A stretch of 64,000 nt of DNA. Source: an archaeon. GTDB lineage: Archaea; Hydrothermarchaeota; Hydrothermarchaeia; JALTZZ01. Position numbers and translations under genes: made by a program. The notes under the pieces were generated by a model, which was not told the DNA's origin, ran no database searches, and saw only the letters and a program-made list of their open reading frames with translations. Where the stretch lies: contig JALTZZ010000029.1 of NCBI GenBank assembly GCA_027051165.1, positions 9,001 to 73,000 of the forward strand, written 5' to 3'. Position 1 is the first letter of the stretch. Every line of letters starts with the position of its first letter. This document shows positions 1 to 8,772 of this stretch, piece after piece.

Positions 1-206
1 TTATAGTTAGAGAGGAGCAGGATAGACCACAGCCAAGGCTCGACAGAAATGCTGGAAGAGGGATGAGCGTTACAGTTGGAAGGATAAGAGAAGATACAAT
101 CTTCGATTTTAAGTTTGTTGTCCTCGGGCACAATACAATTAGAGGAGCAGCTGGTGCAAGCGTTCTCAATGCTGAGCTTCTATACAAACTCGATAAGCTG
201 GGGTGA
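1..206 (+). CDS. Partial CDS (5' end outside window): C-terminus of an aspartate-semialdehyde dehydrogenase-like protein
   Basis: The in-frame translation ends ...[26 protein letters not shown] at TGA 204-206. The GAAG..LNAELL C-terminal motif is typical of Asd/ArgC-type semialdehyde dehydrogenases. Confidence 0.45.
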   Translation, partial: IVREEQDRPQPRLDRNAGRGMSVTVGRIREDTIFDFKFVVLGHNTIRGAAGASVLNAELLYKLDKLG

Positions 207-211
207 TCCTA

Positions 212-532
212 ATGTTCCTCGTGTATATAACGTGCTCAAGCTACGAAGAGGCTGAAAAGATTGCAAAAAAAATTTTAGAAGAAAGGCTGGCTGCATGTGC
301 AAACATATACAAAGAAATAAAATCAATATACTGGTGGAAAGGCAAGCTTGAAGAAGCAAAAGAATCTATTCTTATATTAAAAACCGATGAAAAAAACTTA
401 GAAAAGCTGAAAAATAGAGTTAAGGAGCTTCACAGCTATACGATCCCAGCTATACTGCCTATAAGAGTTGAAAAGCCAAACAGGGAATATCTAAATTGGC
501 TTATCGGTGAGATCTCCGAGAGAAAAGAGTGA
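212..532 (+). CDS. cutA: Divalent-cation tolerance protein CutA
   Basis: ~105 aa with ...ACANIYKEIKSIYWWKGKLEE...LILKT...HSYTIPAI, matching the CutA1 signature. The ORF opens at GTG 203; ATG 212 is the likely start. Confidence 0.7.
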   Translation: MFLVYITCSSYEEAEKIAKKILEERLAACANIYKEIKSIYWWKGKLEEAKESILILKTDEKNLEKLKNRVKELHSYTIPAILPIRVEKPNREYLNWLIGEISERKE

Positions 533-1127
533 TTTCGCATACAGGGCTATATTCGCAGAACCTGCACTCCCACTCCTCTGGCTTAACACCGTCCTCCAAA
601 TATTTCTTCAGCAAATTTTTTATGTCGATTTTTCTTTTTTTGACAAAAAAAGCCTTGAAATCACATGATATTGTATTTAAATATACCAAATAACCTCTTT
701 TTATACCCAAAAGCTCCATATAAATTAAAACCTGCTTTTCATGAATTTTCTTTGGCTTTTTTAAATCTCTTCTCGTCGTTTTGAATTCATACACAGCGTT
801 GTTGTAAACTGCATCTGCTTTTCCCTTTACAACAACATCCTTGCCATTTATATTAAATTTTTTCTCTATATAAACTCCCAAGAACTTTCCGAGCAGATTT
901 TCTATACCTCTATGAAATATCTCCCCAAAAATAACTTTGTTTTCAAAAGCTTTTTTTAACCTGAGCCACGGATACTTAACCCTTAAGTAGTGTTTTCTCG
1001 AGCAACAGCAGAGCTCTGTAACATACCAGACGTTTTCGTTTGTAATATCGTTCATCTTTAAAAACAATCTTTTTATTTTTCTTTTTCTTATAAAATCCAG
1101 AAGCTCGATGTTGCTTAGCACATCCAT
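501..1127 (-). CDS. Cas4-like / RecB-family PD-(D/E)XK nuclease with Fe-S cysteine motif (DUF83-like), not CRISPR-associated in this window
   Basis: N-terminal Cys cluster (TELCCCSRKHY). D..ExK motif (GKADAVYNNAVYEFKTT). C-terminal C-x2-C-x5-C (CRFCEYSPVC), typical of Cas4. Confidence 0.6.
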   Translation of the reverse strand: MDVLSNIELLDFIRKRKIKRLFLKMNDITNENVWYVTELCCCSRKHYLRVKYPWLRLKKAFENKVIFGEIFHRGIENLLGKFLGVYIEKKFNINGKDVVVKGKADAVYNNAVYEFKTTRRDLKKPKKIHEKQVLIYMELLGIKRGYLVYLNTISCDFKAFFVKKRKIDIKNLLKKYLEDGVKPEEWECRFCEYSPVCEITLFSRRSHR

Positions 1128-1227
1128 ATTTTAATATCAAATAAATACATTTTTGAATTTAATAATGTTTTTAAATTTTTTATGATATTAAAATGTTTTA
1201 AGTTGTGAGAGTTCTTTTCTATTAACA

Positions 1228-1479
1228 ATGCCTAAAAGAGAGATTGAAAAAGAACCTGTTTTAATAAGAATTCCAAAAAAAGTTCTTGAAAAAATAGATA
1301 GATATGCTAAGGAAAATTATATGGATAGAGCAGATTACATAAGACTTATACTTGCTCAACACGTAAAAGAGAAGGAAAAAGCTGAGATTGAGAACGTTAG
1401 GGAAAAGATTATATACTACTTAAAGCAAAACTCTAAGCTGAGAAAGGAAGTTAAAGAGCTCCTTTCAAAACTTGATTAG
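1228..1479 (+). CDS. Small ribbon-helix-helix (CopG/Arc-like) DNA-binding protein
   Basis: 83 aa; VLIRIPKKVLEKIDRYAKENYMDRADYIRLIL resembles an RHH beta-strand plus helix, followed by a coiled-coil tail. Confidence 0.4.
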   Translation: MPKREIEKEPVLIRIPKKVLEKIDRYAKENYMDRADYIRLILAQHVKEKEKAEIENVREKIIYYLKQNSKLRKEVKELLSKLD

Positions 1480-1489
1480 GGGGTTTAAA

Positions 1490-1798
1490 ATGTTCGCAGA
1501 AGCTTTGTGCCCATACTGTGGCGGGGAAATTGTTCACGAAGTTATTGTTTTTAAAGAATTTGAAAATATAAATGCCGAAATTCTAATAAAAAACAGTTGG
1601 AAAAAGGAAGATTTTCTAAGAAAAATAATAGACACATTTATTGCAAAAATAAATGGAAGAAAATCTATCCCTATTGAAGAACTCGAAGATATTATAGTAT
1701 CTCACGGAATTACTGGTAGTCTTGTTTATGATATAATAGAAAGGATAAAATTGGAATTTGGAATGTTCGAAAAAGATGGATTGCTAATATTTGCTTAA
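1490..1798 (+). CDS. Hypothetical small protein with N-terminal CxxC
   Basis: ORF with CPYCGGE motif; overlaps the upstream stop by 8 nt. No recognisable family. Confidence 0.3.
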   Translation: MFAEALCPYCGGEIVHEVIVFKEFENINAEILIKNSWKKEDFLRKIIDTFIAKINGRKSIPIEELEDIIVSHGITGSLVYDIIERIKLEFGMFEKDGLLIFA

Positions 1799-1892
1799 CC
1801 TTTAGAATATCAAAGCATGCATGCACCTATTGATTGCCTATAAATGAATATTTTGTGATTGTTAAATATAATAAACATTTAAGGGTGTAGGA

Positions 1893-3074
1893 ATGGTTGA
1901 GGTTAAAAAAGGTATATACTGGGTTGGGGCTGTTGACTGGAGTGCAAGGGACTTCCACGGATACTACATTGCAAGGGGAACAACATATAACGCTTATTTA
2001 ATAGTTGACGAAAAAATTGCTCTTGTAGATTTTGTAAAACATGGATTCGAAGACGTTTTGATAGACAGAATAAAGAAAATAGTAGATCCTAAGGAGATTG
2101 ACTATCTCGTGTGCAACCACGTTGAGATGGATCACAGCTTTGCATTAAATAAAATGGTTAAAATAGCGAAAGATGCAGAAGTAGTTACCAATTCAAGAGC
2201 AAAAGAGCACCTTAGCCTTCACTACGATACAAGCAACTGGAGCTTCAGAATAGTAAAAACTGGAGACGAAATAAGCTTGGGAAGCAAGACACTTAGGTTT
2301 ATAGAGGCTCCTATGGTGCACTGGCCGGATAGCATGTTTACGTATGTAGTCGAAGACAAGGTTCTAATGCCCAACGATGCTTTTGGGCAGCACATAGCTA
2401 CGAGCGAAAGGTTCGCTGATGAGGTTCCAGAAGACATTGTATATGAGGCTACAAAGGACTACTATGCAAATATATTAACCCACTTAGCAACTCAAATAAG
2501 AAGGAAGCTTGAAGAGCTTGAAAAGCTTGATATTGAGATAATTGCACCAAGTCACGGCTTGATATGGCGCGGAAAAGAATGGGTTGAGAAGGTGGTAAGC
2601 TGGTATAGAAGATGGGCAAACCATGAAAGCGAGGAGTATGCGGTGGTAGTCTTTGACAGCATGTGGCACAGCACAGAAACGATGGCTCAGGAGATCGCTA
2701 AGGGAATATCGGATAAAGGTGTAAAGGTGAGGGTTTTCCATTTAAGAAAAACCCCTTTGAGCTTTATAATGCGGGAAATTCTTGAAGCAAAGGCTATTGT
2801 TGTTGGAACATCCACACAGCACAACGAAATGCTTCCGAGCGTTGGAGCTTTTTTAACTTACATAAAAGGGTTTAGAATAAAAAATAAAATTGCAACAGCT
2901 TTCGGTAGCTATGGATGGGGAGGAGGCGGAGTTAGAAATGTTATGAAGGAACTTAAAGCTATGGGACTCGAAACTATAGATCCTCTTGAAATAAGGTTTG
3001 TTCCAAAAGAAAAAGAGAAAAGGCTTTGCTACGAGTTTGGGGAAAAAATCGCAGAAAAAATAAAAGAAGTCTAA
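1893..3074 (+). CDS. fprA: Flavodiiron protein (FprA / A-type flavoprotein; metallo-beta-lactamase plus flavodoxin domains)
   Basis: 393 aa; di-iron motif LVCNHVEMDHS (H-x-E-x-D-H); C-terminal flavodoxin-like domain (VVVFDSMWHSTE...); the size and architecture match FDPs. Confidence 0.85.
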   Translation: MVEVKKGIYWVGAVDWSARDFHGYYIARGTTYNAYLIVDEKIALVDFVKHGFEDVLIDRIKKIVDPKEIDYLVCNHVEMDHSFALNKMVKIAKDAEVVTNSRAKEHLSLHYDTSNWSFRIVKTGDEISLGSKTLRFIEAPMVHWPDSMFTYVVEDKVLMPNDAFGQHIATSERFADEVPEDIVYEATKDYYANILTHLATQIRRKLEELEKLDIEIIAPSHGLIWRGKEWVEKVVSWYRRWANHESEEYAVVVFDSMWHSTETMAQEIAKGISDKGVKVRVFHLRKTPLSFIMREILEAKAIVVGTSTQHNEMLPSVGAFLTYIKGFRIKNKIATAFGSYGWGGGGVRNVMKELKAMGLETIDPLEIRFVPKEKEKRLCYEFGEKIAEKIKEV

Positions 3075-3119
3075 TTTCTATTATTTTTATTTTTGTCGTT
3101 AAATTTACAGCCTAATTAT

Positions 3120-3413
3120 ATGGAAAAAATTATTATATATCCGGTTTATTTTGATATACAAAAATCAAGAAGCGATGGAAGAAAGGTAAGCGAAAAATAC
3201 GCTGTGAAGTCCCCAAAGATCGAGGAAATAGCCGAAGCAGCAAGAAGGCTTGGTTTAAATCCTGTTGTTGAGATGGATAAAAGATATCCAAAAGATTGGT
3301 TTTTCAGCAGAGGAAGGGTTCTCGTTGACAAAATTAAGCCAAAAAGTGTTATACTTAAGGAGATAGGACTTGAAATAAAGAAAATGAGAAAAGAAAACAA
3401 AAATGATGGTTAA
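3120..3413 (+). CDS. srp19: Signal recognition particle protein SRP19
   Basis: MEKIIIYPVYFDIQKSRSDGRKVSEKYAV...EIAEAARRLGL... matches the SRP19 signature (IWPVYFD..SR..GRRV). The ORF opens at TTG 3093; ATG 3120 is the likely start. Confidence 0.75.
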   Translation: MEKIIIYPVYFDIQKSRSDGRKVSEKYAVKSPKIEEIAEAARRLGLNPVVEMDKRYPKDWFFSRGRVLVDKIKPKSVILKEIGLEIKKMRKENKNDG

Positions 3414-3906
3414 ATTATTTTTGGCTGCTATTTACAGGGAGGAAGAAATATTAAAAGAAGCCCTGAAGGAGTTTAAAGATAGATACGGTAATATAGATTT
3501 GGAAAGTGAAGCCTTTGAGTTCAGCTTTACGGACTACTATTTCAGAGAAATGGGAAAGCCTCTTTTTAAGAAGCTTTTTACATTTGAAAATCTTATAGAT
3601 GCTTCTGAAATAAAGAGAGTTAAAAAATTTGCGATGGAAATTGAGGAAAAATTTTCGGAAAATGGTAGAAGAAAGGTAAACTTAGATCCCGGATACATAT
3701 CGCTGGACAACCTTGTTTTGACAACAAGAAAAAATAGATACCAGAGAATATATCTCGGAGATGGCGTATTTGCGGAGGTAACCCTTATATTAAGAAGAAA
3801 TAGGTGCGAGCATCTACACTGGACATATGCAGACTACAGAACAGACCTTGCATGCAAGTTTCTGCTTAAAGCAAGGAGTATTCTTAAAGAACAGCTTAAA
3901 TCATGA
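3403..3906 (+). CDS. Conserved hypothetical protein
   Basis: 167-aa ORF with a NLDPGYISLDNLVLTTRKNRYQRIYLGDG segment; family not recognised with confidence. Confidence 0.3.
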   Translation: MMVKLFLAAIYREEEILKEALKEFKDRYGNIDLESEAFEFSFTDYYFREMGKPLFKKLFTFENLIDASEIKRVKKFAMEIEEKFSENGRRKVNLDPGYISLDNLVLTTRKNRYQRIYLGDGVFAEVTLILRRNRCEHLHWTYADYRTDLACKFLLKARSILKEQLKS

Positions 3907-4370
3907 CATATCGAAAACCGTTGGAAGAAAGATGTGAAGGTGAACCTTCTCTTGGAACTTATAAACAAGAATGTAGATTCCTTCAAACTTTTTGGGCATG
4001 ATGTAATCTCCGTTTGTCTTGAAACTGTCCATGTTTACTCTCTGACACCTTTCCTCAGTGATTTTAAATGCATCTATTATATCAATATTCCTCGTAAGCT
4101 TACCACCAAATGAGACATACTTCGGATTGTATTTTTTTATGAGCTTTGCTATATTCAGAAAGCAATCTGCGGATGCAATAAACATGTTAGATATATGGTT
4201 ACGAACAAATATAACATTTATTATAATAAATTATGTTAAAATATTTACCGCCGCTAATAAATTAAAATTATATTACGCTGCATTGCGTATAGATAAAACA
4301 AAAATATGGAAAAATCAAAAATAAGCAGGGTATTTAATTATAAGATAATAATTTAATAATAATTTGGGGA

Positions 4371-4631
4371 TTGAGCACCATGAAAGCCAAGATATATGTT
4401 AGAAGGGAATCCTGCACATGCTCACATGATTTAATAAGAGAAATTGCTGAAAGAGCATTCGATTACTTAGAATATAAATACGGATTAAAAATAGATTATG
4501 AACTTGAGGTAAACGAGAAAAAACATTGCACAATAGAGGTAGATAATGAAGTCATCGTAGAATCCTTTAATAATCATAAAGAAATTATAGAAGGTTTTGA
4601 GAAATTTTTATTAAAAAAGATGTTAAAATAA
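4371..4631 (+). CDS. Hypothetical small protein (CxC motif)
   Basis: 86-aa ORF, KIYVRRESCTCSHDL; a plausible RBS-like GGGG lies upstream. No family assignment. Confidence 0.3.
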   Translation: MSTMKAKIYVRRESCTCSHDLIREIAERAFDYLEYKYGLKIDYELEVNEKKHCTIEVDNEVIVESFNNHKEIIEGFEKFLLKKMLK

Positions 4632-5303
4632 TTTGCCGTTTCTATATCTATCCATTTTTTTTGCTTCAACATAGAGCGTGTCAAGGACTCTCTCTATCTC
4701 TCTCGAAATCTTTTCTCCTATTCCGCTTACCTTTTCAAGTTCCCTTCTGCTCGCCATAAAAACCTTTCTTGGTGTTCCAAATCTATGAAGAAGCCTTTCT
4801 GCAAGCTTTACATTTATATTCGGCAATCCAGTTACTAAAAAGAGCTGTTTTTCTCTTAAAGTTAACATTCTTGGCTTAGATCTAATTTTGAGTTTTATCC
4901 CACTTTCTCTTTCCCGTTTTGCGAGAAGGTATATTAGTTCTGCGGTTTCCTCGCTATCTGCAGTGTGGAACACTGCAATGTTGTAGTCCAAGACAAGGCT
5001 ACTAAAGCTTCCGAGTATAGCTTTCTTTTTCGCATAGTCAAAGACGTTCCCTTCAACAATTAGAATAGGCTTTTCATAAGCTTCACTTAGCCTTTTTGCC
5101 TGATCAAATAGCCTCAAACTAAACATACTGTTTACGTAATCTTGAGCAGATTTCCTCTCTATTCCTATCCTCTCGCTGACGACGTAGTCTGCAACATCAA
5201 GGTGCTTAATCTCTATCTTTGCACCGATTCTCTCTAAGAAAAAGAGCACTGGGCTGCCTTCTTCATGAACATCAGCTATTATCCTCACAAAATTTCTCCC
5301 CAT
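4623..5303 (-). CDS. ERCC4-domain nuclease with C-terminal (HhH)2 (XPF/Hef nuclease-domain family)
   Basis: ERCC4 motif VADYVVSERIGIERKSAQD (GDY..ERK..D); C-terminal helix-hairpin-helix GLPNINVKLAERLLHRFGT ... VSGIGEKISREI. Confidence 0.7.
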   Translation of the reverse strand: MGRNFVRIIADVHEEGSPVLFFLERIGAKIEIKHLDVADYVVSERIGIERKSAQDYVNSMFSLRLFDQAKRLSEAYEKPILIVEGNVFDYAKKKAILGSFSSLVLDYNIAVFHTADSEETAELIYLLAKRERESGIKLKIRSKPRMLTLREKQLFLVTGLPNINVKLAERLLHRFGTPRKVFMASRRELEKVSGIGEKISREIERVLDTLYVEAKKMDRYRNGKLF

Positions 5304-5369
5304 AATAGCTATTTCTTTATGAAACTTTTTTAAAAAATATTTACCTCCTTACCCTTAGATAATACCACT

Positions 5370-6266
5370 ATGCCTAAATGTAGAAAATGTGATAAAAAAG
5401 CTATTTATATTAAAAAATATGCCGGAACAGCTCTCTGCAAAGAGCACTTCATTATAGATTTCGAAAAAAGGGTTTTTAGGAGTATAAGGAAGAATAAAAT
5501 GATAAAAAGGGGAGAAAAAATAGCCGTAGCTGTGAGCGGTGGAAAAGACAGCCTTTCTCTTCTATTTTTCTTAAACAAGTATAAGGAGAGGTTTGGTATA
5601 AATATATGTGCTGTTGCCGTTGATGAGGGAATAGCCGGATACAGAGACAAAACACTGGAAAAAGTCAAAAAATTTTGCAAAAATTTTGGAATAGAATATA
5701 GAATTGTCTCATTTAAGGATAAGTATGGATTTTCAATTGACGAAGTAGACAAAAAACATTCATGTGATTACTGCGGAGTTTTTAGAAGAAGAGCTTTGAA
5801 TGAAGCAGCTTTAGAGATAGGTGCAAACAAAATAGCTACTGCACATAATCTTGACGATGAGGTTCAGGTAATCCTTCTTAACTTTATAAGAGCTGATGTA
5901 AACAGATTTATAAGGCTCAAGAGGAAGAAGAAGATAATTATAGATAGAATAAAGCCTTTTTATGAGATTCCAGAAAAGGAGGTTGCTTTATATGCATTCC
6001 TAAACAATATAGACGTCAGCTTTGACGAGTGTCCTTATGTTCATGGCTCATTCAGATACGAGATCAGAAAATTTATAAATCATTTAGAGGAAAAAAGTCC
6101 CGGAATAAAATTTTCTATTTTAAGATCTTATGAAAAGATTGTGGATCTCATAGGAGAAAAAGTAGAAAAAGAGATAAAAAGATGCAAGAAATGTGGAATG
6201 CCTTCTTCAAGGGATATATGCAAAGCCTGCGAGCTTCTCTCGAAGATAAATAAGATAAACAAATAG
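5370..6266 (+). CDS. tRNA 2-thiolation PP-loop ATPase (NcsA/TtuA/Ncs6 family)
   Basis: N-terminal Zn finger CRKCDKK..C; PP-loop SGGKDS; CDYCGVFRR; C-terminal CKKCGMPSSRDICKAC zinc ribbon. Confidence 0.75.
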   Translation: MPKCRKCDKKAIYIKKYAGTALCKEHFIIDFEKRVFRSIRKNKMIKRGEKIAVAVSGGKDSLSLLFFLNKYKERFGINICAVAVDEGIAGYRDKTLEKVKKFCKNFGIEYRIVSFKDKYGFSIDEVDKKHSCDYCGVFRRRALNEAALEIGANKIATAHNLDDEVQVILLNFIRADVNRFIRLKRKKKIIIDRIKPFYEIPEKEVALYAFLNNIDVSFDECPYVHGSFRYEIRKFINHLEEKSPGIKFSILRSYEKIVDLIGEKVEKEIKRCKKCGMPSSRDICKACELLSKINKINK

Positions 6267-6296
6267 TTTAAAACGTTAATATAGATTTCAAGGTTC

Positions 6297-7352
6297 ATGG
6301 AAGTGTATATTGCCTTAGCTGTTATAGCTGTATTAACTGTTTTTCTTCTCATATTGGAGAAAAAAGGGAAGATTGAGAGAAAATTTTTATTCTTTATATA
6401 CAGAACACAGAGGTTAAAGAATTTTATAGAGAATGTTTCAAAATTTAAATTTTGGAAAGTATTTTCGAGCATAGGAGTTATTGTCGGTGTTTTATCTTTA
6501 TTCTTTATGATAGTAAATATAGCTCTCTTATTCTATTTTGCAGTAAAAAGAGAGCCGATAGAAGGAGGCGTTCAACTCGTTATACCGGGGATTACAATAC
6601 CGTTTTGGTATGGAATAATAGCACTTATAACGGTTATTCTTGCACATGAACTCATGCACGGCATCGTTGCGAGAAATGAGAATATAAGGTTGAAAAACCT
6701 CGGAGCAATTTTCTTCGCTTCAATTCCAATAGGTGCTTTTGTGGAGCCGAATGAAGAAGATTTAAACAAGAGCTCGAGCATGTCTAAGCTCAGAGTATAT
6801 GCTGCCGGCTCTTTTGCAAACATCGTTCTCGCAGTTTTTGCAACTGCTCTAATGATCCCGCTAAACGATGGTGTCGAGATAGTAGGTGTTATGGAAGGTT
6901 CTCCAGCGGATGGAATCTTGGAGAGTGGCATGGTAATAAAAAAGATAAATGGAAAAGAAATTAAGAGTTTAGCGGATTTCATGATTGAAGCGGGAAACAT
7001 AAAGCCAAATCAGGTTGTTTTTCTCGAAACAGATGAAGGTGTTTTTAAAATCGTAGCGAAAAAGAGGGAAGATGATCCAGAGAGAGGGATGATTGGAATA
7101 TACGTTAAACAGCACGTTTTCGGCGGACTCGAATTCATATACTACACTCTGCTTTGGATATCCTTTCTGAATCTCGGCATAGGGCTTATTAATCTTGCTC
7201 CGATAAACTTTGGCGTTGCAGCTACAGATGGTCATTTAATATTAAAAGAACTTTTGTCAAAACTCATCAAGGAAAAAGCAGATGAGATAAGTGGACTGTT
7301 CTCAACAACAGTAACTATGATGTTGTTATTTGCACTTATTCTTAGCAGATAG
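6297..7352 (+). CDS. Site-2 protease family membrane metalloprotease (peptidase M50) with PDZ domain
   Basis: HELMHG zinc motif; multiple TM helices; a central PDZ-like segment (VIKKINGKEIKSLADF); LNLGIGLINLAP. Confidence 0.75.
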   Translation: MEVYIALAVIAVLTVFLLILEKKGKIERKFLFFIYRTQRLKNFIENVSKFKFWKVFSSIGVIVGVLSLFFMIVNIALLFYFAVKREPIEGGVQLVIPGITIPFWYGIIALITVILAHELMHGIVARNENIRLKNLGAIFFASIPIGAFVEPNEEDLNKSSSMSKLRVYAAGSFANIVLAVFATALMIPLNDGVEIVGVMEGSPADGILESGMVIKKINGKEIKSLADFMIEAGNIKPNQVVFLETDEGVFKIVAKKREDDPERGMIGIYVKQHVFGGLEFIYYTLLWISFLNLGIGLINLAPINFGVAATDGHLILKELLSKLIKEKADEISGLFSTTVTMMLLFALILSR

Positions 7353-7354
7353 CT

Positions 7355-7924
7355 ATGTATAGCGAAACGCTAAGGCAGCTTATACATGCAAGCGGAATTT
7401 TTATGATCCCGATATCCCATGCAATTTATACGTATTTGGGCAAGGACTTCCTTCTATTCTTCTATTTATCTATGATATTATTTTTAGTTTTTCTCTCAAG
7501 GGTCATTAAAAAAAGCAGATACTTTTTTGAATTTTTTAAAATAGTTGATAGAAAGGAAGATTTAAAGGTTATGCCAGCAAAAGGAGCTATAAATTTTTTT
7601 ATCGGAATACTTTTAGTCAGTGTTTTTTTCGATATAAAAACGTTGTATATATCTATAGCGGTTCTCTCCTTAGGCGATTCTTTCTCAACAATAGTTGGAA
7701 AGAGATTTGGTAAGCATAAAATTCCTTACAATAGAAAAAAATCTGTAGAAGGGTTCTTTGCTTTTGTTGTTTTTGCTTTTATTGGAAGTATATTTTTCTG
7801 CGATATTAAAACGGCTCTACTCGTATCTATCTTTGGAGCACTTATAGAGTCTCTTCCATTAAGGGTGGATGACAACATATCTATACCCATATCCGTGGCT
7901 GTTTTTTTGAATTTTCTTTTATAG
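7355..7924 (+). CDS. Polytopic membrane protein of the CTP-dependent phosphatidate cytidylyltransferase / dolichol kinase-like family
   Basis: C-terminal SLGDSFSTIVGKRFGKHKIP motif plus hydrophobic helices. Confidence 0.4.
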   Translation: MYSETLRQLIHASGIFMIPISHAIYTYLGKDFLLFFYLSMILFLVFLSRVIKKSRYFFEFFKIVDRKEDLKVMPAKGAINFFIGILLVSVFFDIKTLYISIAVLSLGDSFSTIVGKRFGKHKIPYNRKKSVEGFFAFVVFAFIGSIFFCDIKTALLVSIFGALIESLPLRVDDNISIPISVAVFLNFLL

Positions 7925-8011
7925 CTTTGATTGGCAGCTGAGCAAATGACGGTTATTTTTGAAATTAAAATAAAAACATCATGTCAGCGAGAAATAGAAG
8001 AGTTATAAGAG
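7923..8011 (+). repeat. Direct repeat copy A (~90 bp) starting TATAGCTTTGATTGGCAG...ATGTCAGCGAGAAATAGAAGAGTTATAAGAG
   Basis: Near-identical to 8645-8741. Begins at the stop codon of the upstream gene. Confidence 0.8.
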
Positions 8012-8083
8012 CAAAATGCAGAAAAATCTTTAGCAGATTTTCCTTTATTTTTGTTTTTAATGTTAAGATAAGCAGAAAGCTAC

Positions 8084-8617
8084 ATGGTGGATTACGACAA
8101 GCTCGTTGATAAGCTCAAAGAAGCCCTGCTTGGGGATCTAAGAAAAGAGCTTAGGGAGTTTAAAAAGGAGGTTTCCGGCTTATTAGAGGGCTTTAGAATC
8201 GCTATTGAAACTATGAACAAGCGCATGGACTCCTTGGAAAAAGATTTAAGAGAGCTTAGGGATAGAATTGACAAAGTTAGAGAAGAGCTAACAAAAAGAA
8301 TTGATGAGACCAATAAACGCATAGATGAGACCAATAAAAGAATTGATGAACTCTCAGGAAGCTTAAACGCAAGGATAGATGAGACCAATAAGAGGATAGA
8401 CGAAACTAACGCAAGGATAGACAAGGTTAGGGAAGAGCTTGCGGCGATGATCATGGAGACAAACACAAGGATAAACGAGACTAACAAGAGGATTGACGAT
8501 CTTACTATGGAGATAAGCAATCTGAAAGCTGAATTTGAAAGGTTTAGAAAGGATCAGGAGGTAATAAAAGATATCTTAGTTAGGTTGAGAAAGCTTGAAG
8601 AAAAGGTATTTACTTAA
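8084..8617 (+). CDS. Coiled-coil protein with tandem heptad repeats (RIDETNK x ~6)
   Basis: 177 aa; repeats TKRIDETNKRIDETNKRIDE...ARIDETNKRIDETNARIDK; flanked by the ~90-bp direct repeats. Confidence 0.5.
   Translation: MVDYDKLVDKLKEALLGDLRKELREFKKEVSGLLEGFRIAIETMNKRMDSLEKDLRELRDRIDKVREELTKRIDETNKRIDETNKRIDELSGSLNARIDETNKRIDETNARIDKVREELAAMIMETNTRINETNKRIDDLTMEISNLKAEFERFRKDQEVIKDILVRLRKLEEKVFT
8296..8420 (+). repeat. Tandem 21-nt coding repeats (AGAATTGATGAGACCAATAAA-like units)
   Basis: Repeated nucleotide units encode the RIDETNK heptads. Confidence 0.7.
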
Positions 8618-8644
8618 GGGATTTCCGCTTAAAATTTGAATTAT

Positions 8645-8741
8645 AGCTTTGATTGGCAGTTGAAGATCGTTCAAATGGCTGTTATTTTTGAAATTAAACT
8701 AACAACGTCCATGCCAGCGAGAAATAAAAGAGTTATAAGAG
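8645..8741 (+). repeat. Direct repeat copy B (~97 bp) of the element at 7923-8011
   Basis: AGCTTTGATTGGCAGTTGAAGATCGTTCAAATGGCTGTTATTTTTGAAATTAAA...ATGCCAGCGAGAAATAAAAGAGTTATAAGAG. Differs from copy A by a small indel near the 5' end and a few substitutions. Confidence 0.8.
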
Positions 8742-8772
8742 TGTTTTCTTTTAGACATGATTTATGACCTTT

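Noticed and set aside
2222-2741. Two minus-strand ORFs (71 and 85 aa) inside the flavodiiron gene
   Set aside because: They are fully embedded antisense to a well-supported gene, with low-complexity translations.
3901-4324. Two mutually overlapping small ORFs (3901-4185 minus, 4058-4324 plus) in an AT-rich spacer
   Set aside because: Neither has recognisable motifs or an obvious promoter or RBS context. Possibly one small gene or a degraded fragment; left uncalled.
5405-7235. Antisense or alternate-frame ORFs 5405-5752, 6128-6472, 6452-6649, 6572-7000 and 6969-7235
   Set aside because: They overlap the NcsA-like and S2P protease genes, which have clear motifs. They are hydrophobic or low-complexity artefacts.
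8092-8520. 142-aa minus-strand ORF antisense to the coiled-coil gene
   Set aside because: S/L-rich low-complexity translation produced by the antisense of GA-rich repeats; there is no independent support.
7923-8741. C/D-box sRNA interpretation of the 90-bp repeats
   Set aside because: Copy A has ATGACGG and CTGA elements resembling C and D' boxes, but they are not conserved in copy B.
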